Source: Phoronis australis
Lineage: Eukaryota > Animalia > Phoronida
Length of the DNA stretch: 64,000 nt
NCBI GenBank assembly: GCA_002633005.1
Contig: NMRA01000011.1
Span: forward strand, 2,048,061-2,112,060
Direction of reading: 5' to 3'
Under the pieces are notes generated by a model. That model searched no databases. It was not told the DNA's origin and saw nothing but the letters and a program-made list of their open reading frames with translations. The translations under genes were made by a program, and so were the position numbers. Shown one piece after another: positions 51,993-64,000 of the stretch. Within the stretch, counting starts at the first letter, position 1, and every line of letters starts with the position of its first letter.

Positions 51993-52854
51993 CAACTAAA
52001 GCGAGAAATGTTGAGACATTACATCGTGATCTGTCTGGTTTGAAAACAGAACGAGTGATCATTTTCGGGTGGAAATAAAGTGATGCAAAAACATTCACTG
52101 ATGTGCCGCCTTGTAAGCGGCCAATGCACGCCTGCCTGGGATGTCAATGGATTTATGATCTTTTGAAGTACATTGTACATGAATCCGATATATGCACAGA
52201 AAATCGGCTGCCCAGATGCCACGGCATATTCGGGATTGCTACAAACTATTTTTTCTTCCTAAGAATTCTATACTCATTTTTGGAATGCTGATGTTATCTG
52301 TAAAGTTGCAAGATCGGTTACGTTTTCACGAAATTCACCACAGGGTCACCTTTTGTAAATCAATAGAAAATACATTTTAATTTAATTGAAGCTTTTGCCA
52401 GTACCGAAGAGGGTGCGACCGTGCGAACTGCTCGCAGACAGACAATATTATATACAAGGAGTACTCAGAATACGCGGACAGATAGGGTACTGCAGGCAGT
52501 AAGCCAGTTCACTGTTATCGGCAAGTGAGCACGTTTGATCCTATTGTCACATTTCCGACAGTCCATCAGTATCTATCGTAGCTAAACAACGGTTTCCATA
52601 CGATGACCAAATTTTGTTTGATTTCAATATTCAAAATAAAATCTCAAAAACCCTGTCACAGTTTTCAAATTGTAGCTTCGTTTTTGTTTTACCCAACTTT
52701 TAATTTCATAAAACACAAAAGTCCTAATTTTTTATAGCTTCTCGTCATGGTGTAAAAGTGGAACGCGCTTTTAATTGGAGCACAGTACACAAAGCGTAAC
52801 ATCAGACAGTTTTAAATAAATATGATCAACCACGATGTTAGCCAAATTTGGCCA

Positions 52855-54121
52855 TTCTTATGCGCCCTCATGTTTATATGTGGGTGCATATTACCTTCGT
52901 CTCTGTCTCGGCGTCCGCAGTGTATCTCCTACCCCTTGAAGGAGGGGGGCAGCCTGTGTTCCTCTGAAGCTCAGACGACGGTTGACGACGAATTTCGGAC
53001 GGATCCGACTACCGGTGTGCCCCCTAGTGGCAATTTTTTTTTTTTTTACGTTTACCTCTGTATCTTCAAAGGTCCTCAGTGGATTTTCATGAAATATGGA
53101 AGATCATGTAGTGCGATGATGCTATCGTCCCGGCGTTTAAGTTCAGCCGGATTTGAAGTATTTTGCTCCATCTAGTGGCCATTTTTACTGTTTTCTGGTC
53201 TGTTTTTGGCGTCTATCAACCAAGTCACTCTAAGGAGGATTGTGAAAATTGGTATATATGCTCTTAGTGTGAAGATGACTGTTGATAATAATTTTCCGAC
53301 GACTGTGGCGCCTCCAGTAGTAGCAATTATGTTTTTGCGCCCGTAGCTGTATCTCCTAAACCCACGGCAGGTTCTTTTTTATGAAATTTAGCAAGTTTAT
53401 TAATGTGAAGTTGACAACGAACGACAACTTTCAGGCGGATCCGACGAACACCGTGGCAATTTCGTTTTTTCGTTTTCCTGTGTTCCTCTGAATTTCCTTG
53501 GCGGATTTTTATAATAGCTTTAAATTAAAGAAACGATGATATGTTCCCGTTTTGGATGAATTTGACGTTTTTATGCCAGCTAGTGGCCATTTTTATGACA
53601 CAATAAACCCCCCTAGAACNCGCCACCTAGTGGCCATTTTTACTGTTTTCTGGTCTGTTTTTGGCGTCTATCAACCAAGTCACTCTAAGGATGATTGTGA
53701 AAATTGGTATATATATGCTCTTAGTGTGAAGAGGACTGTTGATAATAATTTTCCGACGACAGTGGCTCCTCCAGTAGTAGCAATTATGTTTTTGCGCCCG
53801 TAGCTGTATCTCCTGAACCCACGGCAGGTTCTTTTTTATGAAATTTAGCAAGTTTATTAATGTGAAGTTGACAACGAACGACAACTTTCAGGCGGATCCG
53901 ACGAACACCGTGGCAATTTCGTTTTTTCGTTTTCCTGTGTTCCTCTGAATTTCCTTGGCGGATTTTTATAATAGCTTTAAATTAAAGAAACGATGATATG
54001 TTCCCGTTTTGGATGAATTTGACGTTTTTATGCCAGCTAGTGGCCATTTTTATGACACAATAAACCCCCCTAGAACCACACCATTTGCGCTGGACGCATT
54101 TCAACGCTTCACGTTGCTCGT
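52855..54121 (+). mobile_element. HINE family A copy with a near-identical ~450-bp duplication around a single N (53620)
   Basis: Same termini as the other copies; 53169-53619 and 53621-54075 are almost identical. Confidence 0.8.
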
Positions 54122-54387
54122 CCATCTAGAGTTTAAAGAATCTTGGATGCCTGATATTTTGTAGCCAGAAAGCAAGTCAGTTGCCTAACGGCAATCTCGA
54201 TCCGGTGTTACCCGACCGTCAAGTTCATTAGCACACAGCACGGTATATTTAGCGTTAATAAGAGAGGCTCCCACCTTAAAGGAGAGCCAAAAAGCCACAG
54301 ACTAACTACTTGCCATTAGGTACACCCATGAAAAACGGGTAATTTTTCTTTTATGTTCATTTTCAGTGACGGATCATGATCTCATAG

Positions 54388-54464
54388 TATGGGCGGTGCA
54401 CCGCAAATAGTTGGGGTTGGGTGGCTATAGCCCCCCAACTTTTTTCAGTGCTGCGCCGCCCATG
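54388..54464. mobile_element. 77-bp hairpin MITE
   Basis: tatgggcggtgca ... tgcgccgcccatg TIRs; internal agttgggg/ccccaact inverted repeat. Confidence 0.6.
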
Positions 54465-54863
54465 TAATGTCGCGTGAAAGTATGAGTTTTTTATGTGACG
54501 AGGGTAGTAGTTCAGTACATCAATTCACGATTGAAGTCCGGGTTTGCTAGGTACGGGCATGCCACCCCCCTTTACACGCTAAAAATCGGGCTTGTTCAGT
54601 AGTCCTATCCTGTCCACTTCAGGCTCTACGCAGTGGTCAATTTGAAACTAGAGTTCAGTAACGCTAGGACTTCGCTAAAATCTAGCCAAAATCACGCCCC
54701 GTGACGTGTTCTCATTTAAACAACTTAAGACAATATCTCACGTACTCTCGCGAAGTCTTGCTAATATATAGCGAGGTCTTGGCGTTACTGAACTATACCT
54801 AGTAGACTGGTTTGTACATGATGGACATGTATGCTTCCCGGCCGGCGTCTGGTGCACACAATC

Positions 54864-55162
54864 CATGGGCGCACCCAGGGGGGAGGGGGCTCCAACGAGC
54901 CCCCACCTCCCCCAATTTGTCGAATTGGGCAAAAAGATCCGCCTCAGTGAAACAAATAGTCCAAGTAAACGAGACGAAAGTCCACAAAATCCCAGACACC
55001 CCCGGGAAGTCCGGCGGCGCGGATGCACGGTTCGTGGGCGGGCCTGAACCTAGTCGCCTCGTTAGTTTTAGTCCTCGTTGATTACATTCAGTAGGCCTAA
55101 AAGGTCCGCATATCGAAAGATTCGAGCGACCACCCCCGTATTTTAGGCTGGGTGCGCGCATG
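54864..55162. mobile_element. hAT-like MITE with 5-bp TSD CAATC
   Basis: caatc|catgggcgcacccag ... ctgggtgcgcgcatg|caatc. Confidence 0.85.
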
Positions 55163-55452
55163 CAATCGCCAAAAATACTGTCGTTCCTGACTGCATTGAC
55201 CACAATTCCATTCGTGCACGTGAATTGACTAACCCGATAGGTGTCGCTACATTTGCATTTACAAATTGGCTGTAGAGAATTCACAAATCACCAATCCTTT
55301 GTTATTTTGTTATTATTCTGTACACAATGAAATGTTTTAAATATCCTGTACGCAGCATAATACGAAGAGTGATAAGCTTTCAGTCTGGGAGGAGCTTGCA
55401 CCAGTGCTGCTCATTTATTTACATGTACTACGAATTAAATAGCTGCGCAGTA

Positions 55453-56206
55453 TATAGGCGGATTTAGGGACGGAGGAAGCCCCCCTCTCCTTGGGGCCGC
55501 AAAAATAAATGAGCAACAGCCTGAGGAAATACTGTGCTTATTAGTAAATCACGGTAGTTAACATTTTGCCGCTGACACATTATTTGACAATGTGGACTTT
55601 TAGTCTGTTTGTGGATTTGGGGGTCTCAATCCCGATTTAAGTGTCCGACTCAATCGGCGCAATCGTAACGATAATGGCTAATAATGCCGCTCCCATTTCC
55701 GTCGTCTGCTCCACTGTGCAATGACGAAAGTTACTTCATTTTTTTGAGTGACAATGAAGAAACGGAAGCTATTGGTAAGATGTAATTTTTTATCGAAGAG
55801 TTAGTGAATCACTCAGAAACTCATAATTCTCTATTTGTCAAACATTAAAATGAGGACTATTGTGGTTAATCCCAACACGAAAAATGGATTTGGTCTTTTG
55901 GGCAACTAAGATTGTTGTAAACACAACAACTTTAAGTTCTACTACGAACTGGTTCCATAAAATATGAAATAAACGTTACGGAAAGAAGCAGGTTCGCGCG
56001 TGAACGTTGTGGACCACAAATAATTATGTCTCGTAGCAAAGTTTAGTTAGAAGCGTTTTTAATGCAAGAGCACGCGCATTCTCGTACATTAGACATCAGG
56101 GAAAATGCTCGTTTTCAGAGGCAAAAACAAATTTTCTTCTTGGGGGAACCTTCCTCCCAACCTCCCCCAATGTTGTCCCCCATATGATATCCTAGATCCG
56201 CAACTC
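55453..56206. mobile_element. hAT-like MITE, copy 1 (same family as 60077-60711)
   Basis: tataggcggatttaggg ... gatatcctagatccgcaact; core 55755-56050 aligns with 60106-60405. Confidence 0.75.
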
Positions 56207-58594
56207 TTCGGGGAGTGAGATAATACACGTGCTGCAGTTACTTCACCATACATTAGTGAATGTAAAACACGTCAGTGATGAGGGACCAATCTGTACATTT
56301 TTGGGAGGTCCAGACTTCGGTGCATACTCGACCTCGTTTGTATGATCAATCAGTAGCCTAGCGTAGTCTCGACTAGTCAATGAAGGGAGGTTATTCGCTA
56401 GTCGTCTGATGATTTGCTCGGCAAGTTAAAGGAATCCCGTGGAAAAATTACAAGCTATGAGATTTTGCGCATGACCAGCCGTGTTTGAATTTCGTTGATA
56501 ATATTTCATCAACCTACGGCAAAATTCACCGAAACATCAATTCCTTTTTAAAGAATTACTTCAAAATGGACTTTCAGTTTGATCTGCTCAAGTTAGCCCC
56601 ACCTCATACGCACCTGATTGTCTTCGGCAGACTATTTTTTGTCGGCGACTGAAAATTGAAAATATGAGGTGACCCGGAAGTAGGCATTTTGTCGACCAAA
56701 ACAAGACGCGATGTAAAATTTGACGACAGGCAAATATGATTTCGATAGTCCCGAAAACCAAAAATAACTTTGAACGCGTGCTCTTAGAGTGAAGTTTTCC
56801 TCTGAGTCCGCTAGTTAAAAGTCACGGACTAGTACGGAAGACGTTTCACATACCCAACAATTTACGTGAACGTTAATAGCTGGAAAGTCGATTAAACAAG
56901 CACCATTTAGTAATTACTAGACAGACTGTCGGCATTACATCGATCAATAGTGCTATGTCTTGCAACGAGTGTATCATAAGAATGTTTGCTCTTTACTGCG
57001 AGTCAAGCAGAGTTAATCAGTCATTGATGGCTACTGAGACTTTCTACAAGGTCAAGGTAAATGCTCCTTCATCTGTGATCTTAATAAGTAGTTTGCATTT
57101 TAACAAATCCTTATAAAATGTTAACTGAAACTTTTACTAATTGTGAATGTTAAAATCGATCGAGGTCAGAATGTGTCAGTACCGCGCTTCATGATGTTGA
57201 CATTCTAAGGGTGCTATATTGGCTGATCAAGACGTTTGTGACGAAGCATGTGACTAATTCATTAACATGGCACTGTGTCCTAATCACATTTATTCAGGCT
57301 TTAAAGCAAAAACTTTTTTAAACGGGATAATCTTCACTGCTTAAAAACACACAGCAATAAACAAACCAAGCATGCTTTGCAATGACTTCTATAACGGAAT
57401 CAAAAGAAATGCCGCTATTTTCTGTTCGTTGTCCAAAACTTGTCAGCCTTTGGCAAAACTTACTTTTTCTCAGTATCCTGCAGAGATTTTTCGCTAGAGG
57501 TCCTACCAACGGTATTAGTAATTTCTTCGATGGTCCAGGACGGTCAAGCACTTTAAAAAATAACATCATTAAAACAATTTACCGTGTTTAGTCTGTGACG
57601 AATTAGCAAATGACTGAAATTTTACTTTCTCATAACAACGAATGTGGGCGTAATTATTAGTTGTAACTTAATTAAGGAAAGTGGAATGAATGTTCATGTC
57701 ACGAATTCCGTTAGAGTATAACTTTCATGACTCCGAAAGATAACTTTACATTAGTTTTATTCAACAAATACTAGAATAATTTATGTGATCAAGATATTCA
57801 GAAATGTCGTTCAGGAGTTACAGTGCGTTTCATCTTTTCCTAGTCTTCACAGTAATCGATCCATTTCTGTAATATAGCATATGGCTTGTATCTTCCAGAT
57901 AGAAACAACAACATCGTTATTTATCGACTAAACCAACAATTACTGGTGTTTAGCACAGATAAAGAAAGCGTTGGCCTAGCGATGGTGAGGGAGCTTTTCG
58001 AATTACTGCCACGATCTGCTACTTCAATAGAATATCATCTACGATTTTTGTTTGAAAGCAAGCGAAACGGGGAAAATAGTGTCTTTGTAACGACGAAACT
58101 GCCGCAGTAAGCACGATGGGCAAATACGTTCAGACAACTGTATGGTGCGCTCGGCAGTCGCATCTATTATTTCTCAGACGCGTCTTTTGAGAGTTACGCA
58201 TTCTCGCTTGTCATAAGCTTGTTTTATTTACACAGTATTTTTGTAGAGGTTATAATTGCAGTTTTAGACTCGCCCTTGAGATTCAATGGAAGCAAAATCT
58301 GTATCAGTTGGATCGTACTGCACAAGTACAATTACATGGACGAATAATCTGAATACAACGCAGGTAGGCCTACGACGAAGACTAACACAGGTTAATTGCA
58401 TTCAGCGAAGTGTTGTGTTTAAATGTCTCTCTACCATCACGTGTGCGTGAGATTCTTCATTATGGCCAGATTATGAGGCAGGAAAGGAACAGCTTCTTAA
58501 TCAGCCGTCGGACTACTGCACGTGAATATTACCCCGAGATCAAACCCCTCTATCGCGACAGTATCAACTGAGAAAGTTGATTTCAGGCGAAGTT

Positions 58595-59902
58595 ATGTTC
58601 GCAGCCAGAATGAGGCTGTATTTCAATCACCCTAAAAACGTGCTCAAATGCATAGTTGTTGTGTGTTTGATGGGATTATCAATGCACAACTACTCCTTAC
58701 TATCGCCTTATCACATTTCTGACGAGAAAATTAGTCACCTGATGCAACATTCTTCTTCAAAGGGGATTCGTATGATTAGGAAGCAGAATGATATGGAAAA
58801 CGGCAACTCAAAGTTAAGGGGCGACAGGTGGGTGTACTTGGAACCGCCCTTACATCCCCCGCCTCTGCGCAATACTGAAAAATACACAACGCAGAAACAA
58901 TTTCACTGGACTGGAGTCGCTGGAATCGGGTTGCCTACTGCAACAAGCAGTTTGTCAAACGCTTCACTTGTTTGGATGGAACCCCAGAAAGAGGTGGTCA
59001 CACGCCACGAGTTCCGTTACATTCTTAATGAACCAACTTTATGTCAAGTAAAAAATGAGGCCCAGGTTTCCCTTGCGATTGTTGTGTTCTCTCGCCATGA
59101 AAACTATGAACGTCGTCACGCCATTCGCAGAACATGGGGACGGTGGAAGAGGAATGAAAACCTGCAACAAATAACCAAAAGCACAAGTAGATTCGAAATC
59201 CACAGTAGCAACCCAAGTGACGTTCCGTTGGTGTTTCTGTTGGGAAGAAATAAAGAGGCATTTTGGAATAGATTTTTAGAACAAGAAAGTAAGTCATATC
59301 GCGACATTGTTCAAGCTGACTTTAATGAATCGTATGAGAATCTCAAGTACAAAGGTTTCCTGGGCCTCCAATGGATGATACGACACTGTCCTGGCGTGCA
59401 TTACTACTTAAAAACTGACGACGATGTCATTCTCAACGTTCCGTATCTGCTAAAAATTATTTCGGAATATGGGAAAGCAAATAATACTATATTCGGTGCT
59501 TTAAACTCAAAATCCCTTGTTCAAAGACATGGTATATGGAAAGTGCCCAAATCCTTGTACCCCGGAAAAATCTACCCAGATTACATTTCTGGTTCCGGAT
59601 ACGTAATATCTGCCGACGTTGTGCAAAAATTGTATAAAATGTCCTTCTACGTGCCGCTGTTTCCCATCGAAGACGTTCACATCACGGGAATATTAGCTGA
59701 AATGACTGGTGTCAAACCATTCCACAACAAAGGATTTGCATACTGGTCGACAGAGAAACCGTCCGCTTGTGACGTCATCAACAATCGCGTAATCACTGGG
59801 CACCACATGTATCCGGACGATTTATTGACTATATTCAAACACATTTTTTCAGTGTCATATCGAACGTTGTGCAAAAAGAAACCCGGTAAATGGGTTAACT
59901 AA
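58595..59902 (+). CDS. B3GALT1: Beta-1,3-galactosyltransferase (GT31 family, B3GALT1-like), type II membrane protein, uninterrupted CDS of about 435 aa
   Basis: First ATG at 58595, just after a tttcag acceptor at 58586. N-terminal hydrophobic anchor (VLKCIVVVCLMGLSM) and stem, then GT31 motifs RRHAIRRTWG, LVFLLG, ESKSYRDIVQADFNESYENL, KTDDDV (DxD), YPDYISGSGY, PIEDVHITG. Exact paralog uncertain. Confidence 0.93.
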   Translation: MFAARMRLYFNHPKNVLKCIVVVCLMGLSMHNYSLLSPYHISDEKISHLMQHSSSKGIRMIRKQNDMENGNSKLRGDRWVYLEPPLHPPPLRNTEKYTTQKQFHWTGVAGIGLPTATSSLSNASLVWMEPQKEVVTRHEFRYILNEPTLCQVKNEAQVSLAIVVFSRHENYERRHAIRRTWGRWKRNENLQQITKSTSRFEIHSSNPSDVPLVFLLGRNKEAFWNRFLEQESKSYRDIVQADFNESYENLKYKGFLGLQWMIRHCPGVHYYLKTDDDVILNVPYLLKIISEYGKANNTIFGALNSKSLVQRHGIWKVPKSLYPGKIYPDYISGSGYVISADVVQKLYKMSFYVPLFPIEDVHITGILAEMTGVKPFHNKGFAYWSTEKPSACDVINNRVITGHHMYPDDLLTIFKHIFSVSYRTLCKKKPGKWVN

Positions 59903-60076
59903 CGATCGCCTACTGTGTATGGGCTCTTACGCTACTCCCAAAGAACAAAAGTAACATTTGAAATGTTCTTTATGTGTAACATTTTGTATGATGTCACGCC
60001 AAACTTTGCTCTGTAATAGCAAGGAGTGTACTCATCGTGCATGTTACTTACATGTATTTGAAAAAACTAATTGTTC

Positions 60077-60711
60077 CATAGGCGGATTTAGGGGGGGAGT
60101 GACGATGAAACAAACAGAAGCTGCTGGTAAGATATGCATTTTAATCGAAGCCTTAGTGAATCACTCAGAAATTCATAATTCTCTCCTTGTCAAACCTTAA
60201 CTTAAGACGATTTCCAAAGCAATTCCGTCATTATTGCCAACACGAAAAACGGATTTGGTCTTTTGGGCAATTGAATACCGAACAATTTTTTTACGAACCG
60301 ATTGCACAAAATATTAAATATGTAATAAGCATTACATAAAGAAGTAGGTTTCGCGCGCAAACGCTGTGGACCATAAACAAGTAGGTCTCTTAGTACAAGA
60401 TTAGTAATTAAGTCGTGGTGGTGTAGTGGTAAAGCACGCGCGCAATAATTCCCGGGTCGTGAGTTCGAGTCTGTGGTACGTGCAGTTTTTCCTGTTTGAC
60501 ATGCTCTCCGTGCTTTTTTTTTTTTTGCTTACTTTTCTTGGATAATACTTCAGGAATCAAGGAAAGTGCTTGATTTTTAGAGGAAAAACAGAAAAATTTC
60601 CGACCTCCCCCCATTCGGTGTTATGCGCATTTACAATCGTGGTTGGGCGCAAATGCTTACAACCGGACAAAATGTTGCACTCCCCCTTGTGATATCCTAG
60701 ATCCGCCACTG
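60077..60711. mobile_element. hAT-like MITE, copy 2, with 5-bp TSD TGTTC
   Basis: tgttc|cataggcggatttagg ... cctagatccgccactg|tgttc. Confidence 0.82.
60412..60490 (+). pseudogene. tRNA-like segment inside MITE copy 2
   Basis: A box-like TGGTGTAGTGGTAAAGCAC, B box-like GAGTTCGAGTC, followed by TTTTT; absent from copy 1. Confidence 0.55.
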
Positions 60712-61328
60712 TGTTCACAGAATTCGAAGGACATGGCACACAGTACAAATAAATGATATCTTACAACAATCCAAACAAAGTCAAGCTAGCTCAGAATACC
60801 TACCTAAGTAAGAGTTGTAAGCATGCATTGATGAATGACCAAACCGAGAACTGGGTTGTACATACGATATATGCAAGTGGAGCTGAGATATCCGGCATAT
60901 ATATTTTTGGCACTCAAAATAAACATCGGAGAGGAGTTCTTAAAATTGAAAACTTGGCACTATCAGCCTTTTTGAGCGTGGATTGCATTTGTCATAACAA
61001 AATTGATATAGGCCTACATTATATAGCCTTCAAGGAAATTGACAAGCTTCAAAATTACACATGCCTTTTTGACGTTCGTTCATTTGGTCATCTTTTGTAA
61101 ATTGTTGACAAATGACCCTCATGGCAATCACAAAATCTGTTGTGAAATAAATTGTTGCCCGGGAGTCAACATGGTTCAAGTGGGACAATGTATGTCATGG
61201 AATGATAAAGCGTAACTGAAAAAATGCCGATACTCTACCAGTAAGCCTCATTGAACACACGGCTTGACATTTCCAGTTTACTCGCCAGTCTGTTCATATC
61301 GCATTCGTCAGAGGTCAAATGTCATAAT

Positions 61329-61528
61329 GAGACAAGTAAACCAACTAAGTCAGCGAAGGAAATAAGTCCGAGATAATATTAACTTCGATGACGACAGCTT
61401 CAGCTATGGTTTAGTTCGATATTCGCAACGAGACAAGTAGGCTAAACCAACTAAGTCAGAGATGGAAACAAGTACGAGGTAATAACTTCGAGGACGACAG
61501 ATTCAACTAGGGTTTAGTTCGATGTTCG
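61329..61528. repeat. 2 x ~100-bp diverged tandem duplication
   Basis: gagacaagta...aaaccaactaagtcag...aacttcga.gacgacag...ggtttagttcgat.ttcg at 61329 and 61430. Confidence 0.85.
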
Positions 61529-61867
61529 TTAACTACCGGTAACGAATCCTGTGAACGGCTCTACTTTCACTGCTTACATCCCTCTCGTAGCGGTGTTATA
61601 ATATCAATACGAAAGGGCATTTCTTCAGCATCTTGTCGTTCGAATTCGGGAGCATACACGAACCTTGGCAAAACATCGCTCGAAGAAGGGTCAAAATGCA
61701 GGACGAAATCAATTCTTGCTATCTTACCTTTTGAGATTGATTGTATTTACCCGATATAACAAACTTGGTAAGGACTTATCTAGGGTGAAAATGTGGGACA
61801 GCTGAAGTAGGCCTACTAGGCCTACTGCACAATTATGCGTGCATTTGGAAAACAGTTGAAGACAGGA

Positions 61868-63095
61868 ATGGCGTTCATCTTTAAGTTGGCTGTCGTCTTT
61901 TTTGTTGTAACTTTTGTGTCTACAGAGGAAGGCGTTTTACTGAAAGAGGTTCAAAATGACGACGTATGTATATTATATCTTGCAGAAAGGAGATTTTTCG
62001 TAATCGTGTAGAAATAGCACACTACTGTACTATGTTGTCGGCCTGAAGCGGTTTACTTTGTCTACAAGTGATGGTATTGTTATCCGTTTGAGGATTACGT
62101 AGCACTGGGGCCACAAGTAGCGATGATGCCGTTCTCTTCTTTTATCATACGTTCATTGCAAGTCAAATCTTTTTTAATGTTTATTATGAAATATTCTGTA
62201 CAATAAATATACAGACCCAGAAAGCGCCACGAGGCATTGTATGGCTAAATGAAGAAATCTGTAGGCGCCCTATACAATTATACACAAACACAAGAATTAA
62301 TAAACTGATGATAATATTACAATGATATAGGCCTATGATTATGAATATAAATAGGCCTAAATCATTTTCATACACAATAACTTATGTTATATTTATACTA
62401 TTTTATCGACTCACACAAAAAGATTTAACATTAAAAAGAAATTTTGATATTATTTCGAATATAACTTTATTTTCATTTAGGTCGAGTTCTTTACATCCAT
62501 ATAGAAAAAATAATGTTGTTGTACATTTGAGGAAGATCTGAATATTTTTTGTAAATATTGGGGTATTTTTCGAGTGTCTGGAAAAGCTGTACCCTCTGCT
62601 CCTCGCATACCGCACAAGCAAAGAAAATATGAGCATATTTCTGAGTGTCTCCATGGGGAAACAGAGGTGAAATATTATTAATAATTTTGTCTTAATTTGT
62701 CGTTGCTTAGGAATAGTGCGCATCTTGATCTGTATAGGATTATTTCATGGTTGCGAGGAAGTTGGGATGATGTGAATGGGACTCGCAAGTCTTGAGTAGT
62801 GATATGCAGTTTAAAGTTATTTTTGAGAGTGACGATTGAAGTGCTTTCTTTTATTTTAGATTAATTGTTGTTTATGGACAAGTTCGCGACAGTGAGGAGT
62901 AAATTTAAGCTGATGGTCTAGTAGCAAGCCAACGGGTTTATGTTTGAGATTTTTGGGAATAACTTCCCCATTGCGTGATAAGTTCAGCATTGGATTTGTT
63001 TGGAAATGAGTGTTAATAGATTTAGAAAATATAAGATGAACACTTTTTCAGGTTCAAATTTCATCTTTTTGTTGTGAGACCAGTCAAAAAGTTTG
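61868..63095 (+). CDS. Candidate secreted-protein gene, exons 61868-61963 and 63052-63095 (possible terminal exon 63713-63728)
   Basis: ggaATGg start; MAFIFKLAVVFFVVTFVSTEE signal-peptide-like; gac|gtatgt phase-0 donor; tttttcag|...tg|gtaagg micro-exon in matching phase (VQISSFCCETSQKV). Confidence 0.5.
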
Positions 63096-63119
63096 GTAAG
63101 GTCAGTTTGTAAGTGTAAG

Positions 63120-63388
63120 CGTGCACGCACCCAGGCTAAATGGGCTGCTTGAATTTTTGAGAATGTGGACCTTTTACTTAAAAAAACAGGGTGCGTTCAG
63201 AGCTAAGAATTGTGCATTCGCCGAATTTTGGTAGTCCATACCTTTTTAGTGGATTTTTGTTGGTGGTCTTTTGTCTCGTTTTCTATTTTTTTCGGACTTC
63301 TTACATGTATTTCTCTGAGGCAGATCTTTTTGCCCAGATGGGAGGCTCGTTCGATCCCCCGAGCCCCCGCCCCCCGAGTGCGCGCATG
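63120..63388. mobile_element. Inverted copy of the 54864-55162 MITE family
   Basis: cgtgcacgcacccaggctaaa...ctgaggcagatctttttgccca...gtgcgcgcatg is the reverse complement of the first copy's ends and core. Confidence 0.75.
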
Positions 63389-64000
63389 CTTTTATAAGCT
63401 CGTTTTGAACCAGTGTTGTTACACTGTACGTGGTGATTCCAAGATAATGAGAATGTAATATTAGACGAAAAAACAATAATACTGAGGCAGACAGGGGAGC
63501 AACCAGTTGTAAATTTAATCTCTGACCAAGTATCAAAATACACAAAAACGCTTGAGAATGCACGGTCATGGGGGAATTGACCTGTTGATGAACAGATGGA
63601 CAAACGTGTTTTAATATTGTTGTCTCATTATAATATATGTATTGAGAAAATTAGCAACCTGTGCAGTGTGAATGTGATCAGTGAATGTAGGTGTGAAATA
63701 CATTCTTTTTAGGACACCGTACTCTTGACAGCACAAACGCATAGTTTTACAATGTTTTGTACCTGTGTATTGTCGGAATAGACTGTGTGGCTTTAGGTGT
63801 AAAGAGTAGGTATTATTTGAGAAATAATGTGGGTTGAAAATGGGTGATTTAATCCAGAAATTAATTAATTATTATTATTCACATCGTATTTCACAAATCG
63901 CGTATATTAGTTTTGTGAATTCGCAACAGGTGGCGCAAGCGAAGTTTGTATGCTCAACTACAAACATCAGGGCCCGGTCTCCAATCTCCGTACTCAGACT

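Noticed and set aside
53169-54075. Near-perfect ~450-bp tandem duplication within a HINE
   Set aside because: The two copies are joined by a single N (53620) and are far more alike than genuine units; most likely overlapping contig ends or haplotypes.
54738-55284. Four overlapping GC-rich ORFs
   Set aside because: They coincide with the 299-bp MITE; no recognisable protein features.
58577-58594. TTG start for the GT31 ORF
   Set aside because: Eukaryotic gene; the first ATG is at 58595 and a plausible splice acceptor lies at 58586.

Overview
Animal (probably marine invertebrate bilaterian) genomic DNA, AT-rich and repeat-rich, from a draft assembly with two sized N gaps and five single-N joins. 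Most short ORFs in the track are spurious. (1) A 5'-partial, 21-exon + strand gene spans 3795-48653. All splice phases close, giving about 1538 codons of an NWD1/NWD2-type STAND NTPase (N-terminal region, NACHT, helical region, about 13-14 WD40 repeats). It ends in a Pro-rich/basic tail and a C-terminal CCVL (CaaX/CCaX) motif. (2) A single-coding-exon GT31 beta-1,3-galactosyltransferase lies at 58595-59902. (3) A candidate small secreted-peptide gene starts at 61868. The introns hold about 10 same-strand copies of a non-autonomous Helentron-like (HINE) element. Its internal ~150-bp tandem units, arranged as ~450-bp trimers, each carry a CTCF-consensus-like motif; one copy is nested inside another. 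Also present: MITEs with 5-bp or TA target-site duplications, an inverted pair of tRNA-derived sequences, and several mini/microsatellites. All analysis was done by eye; no searches were run.
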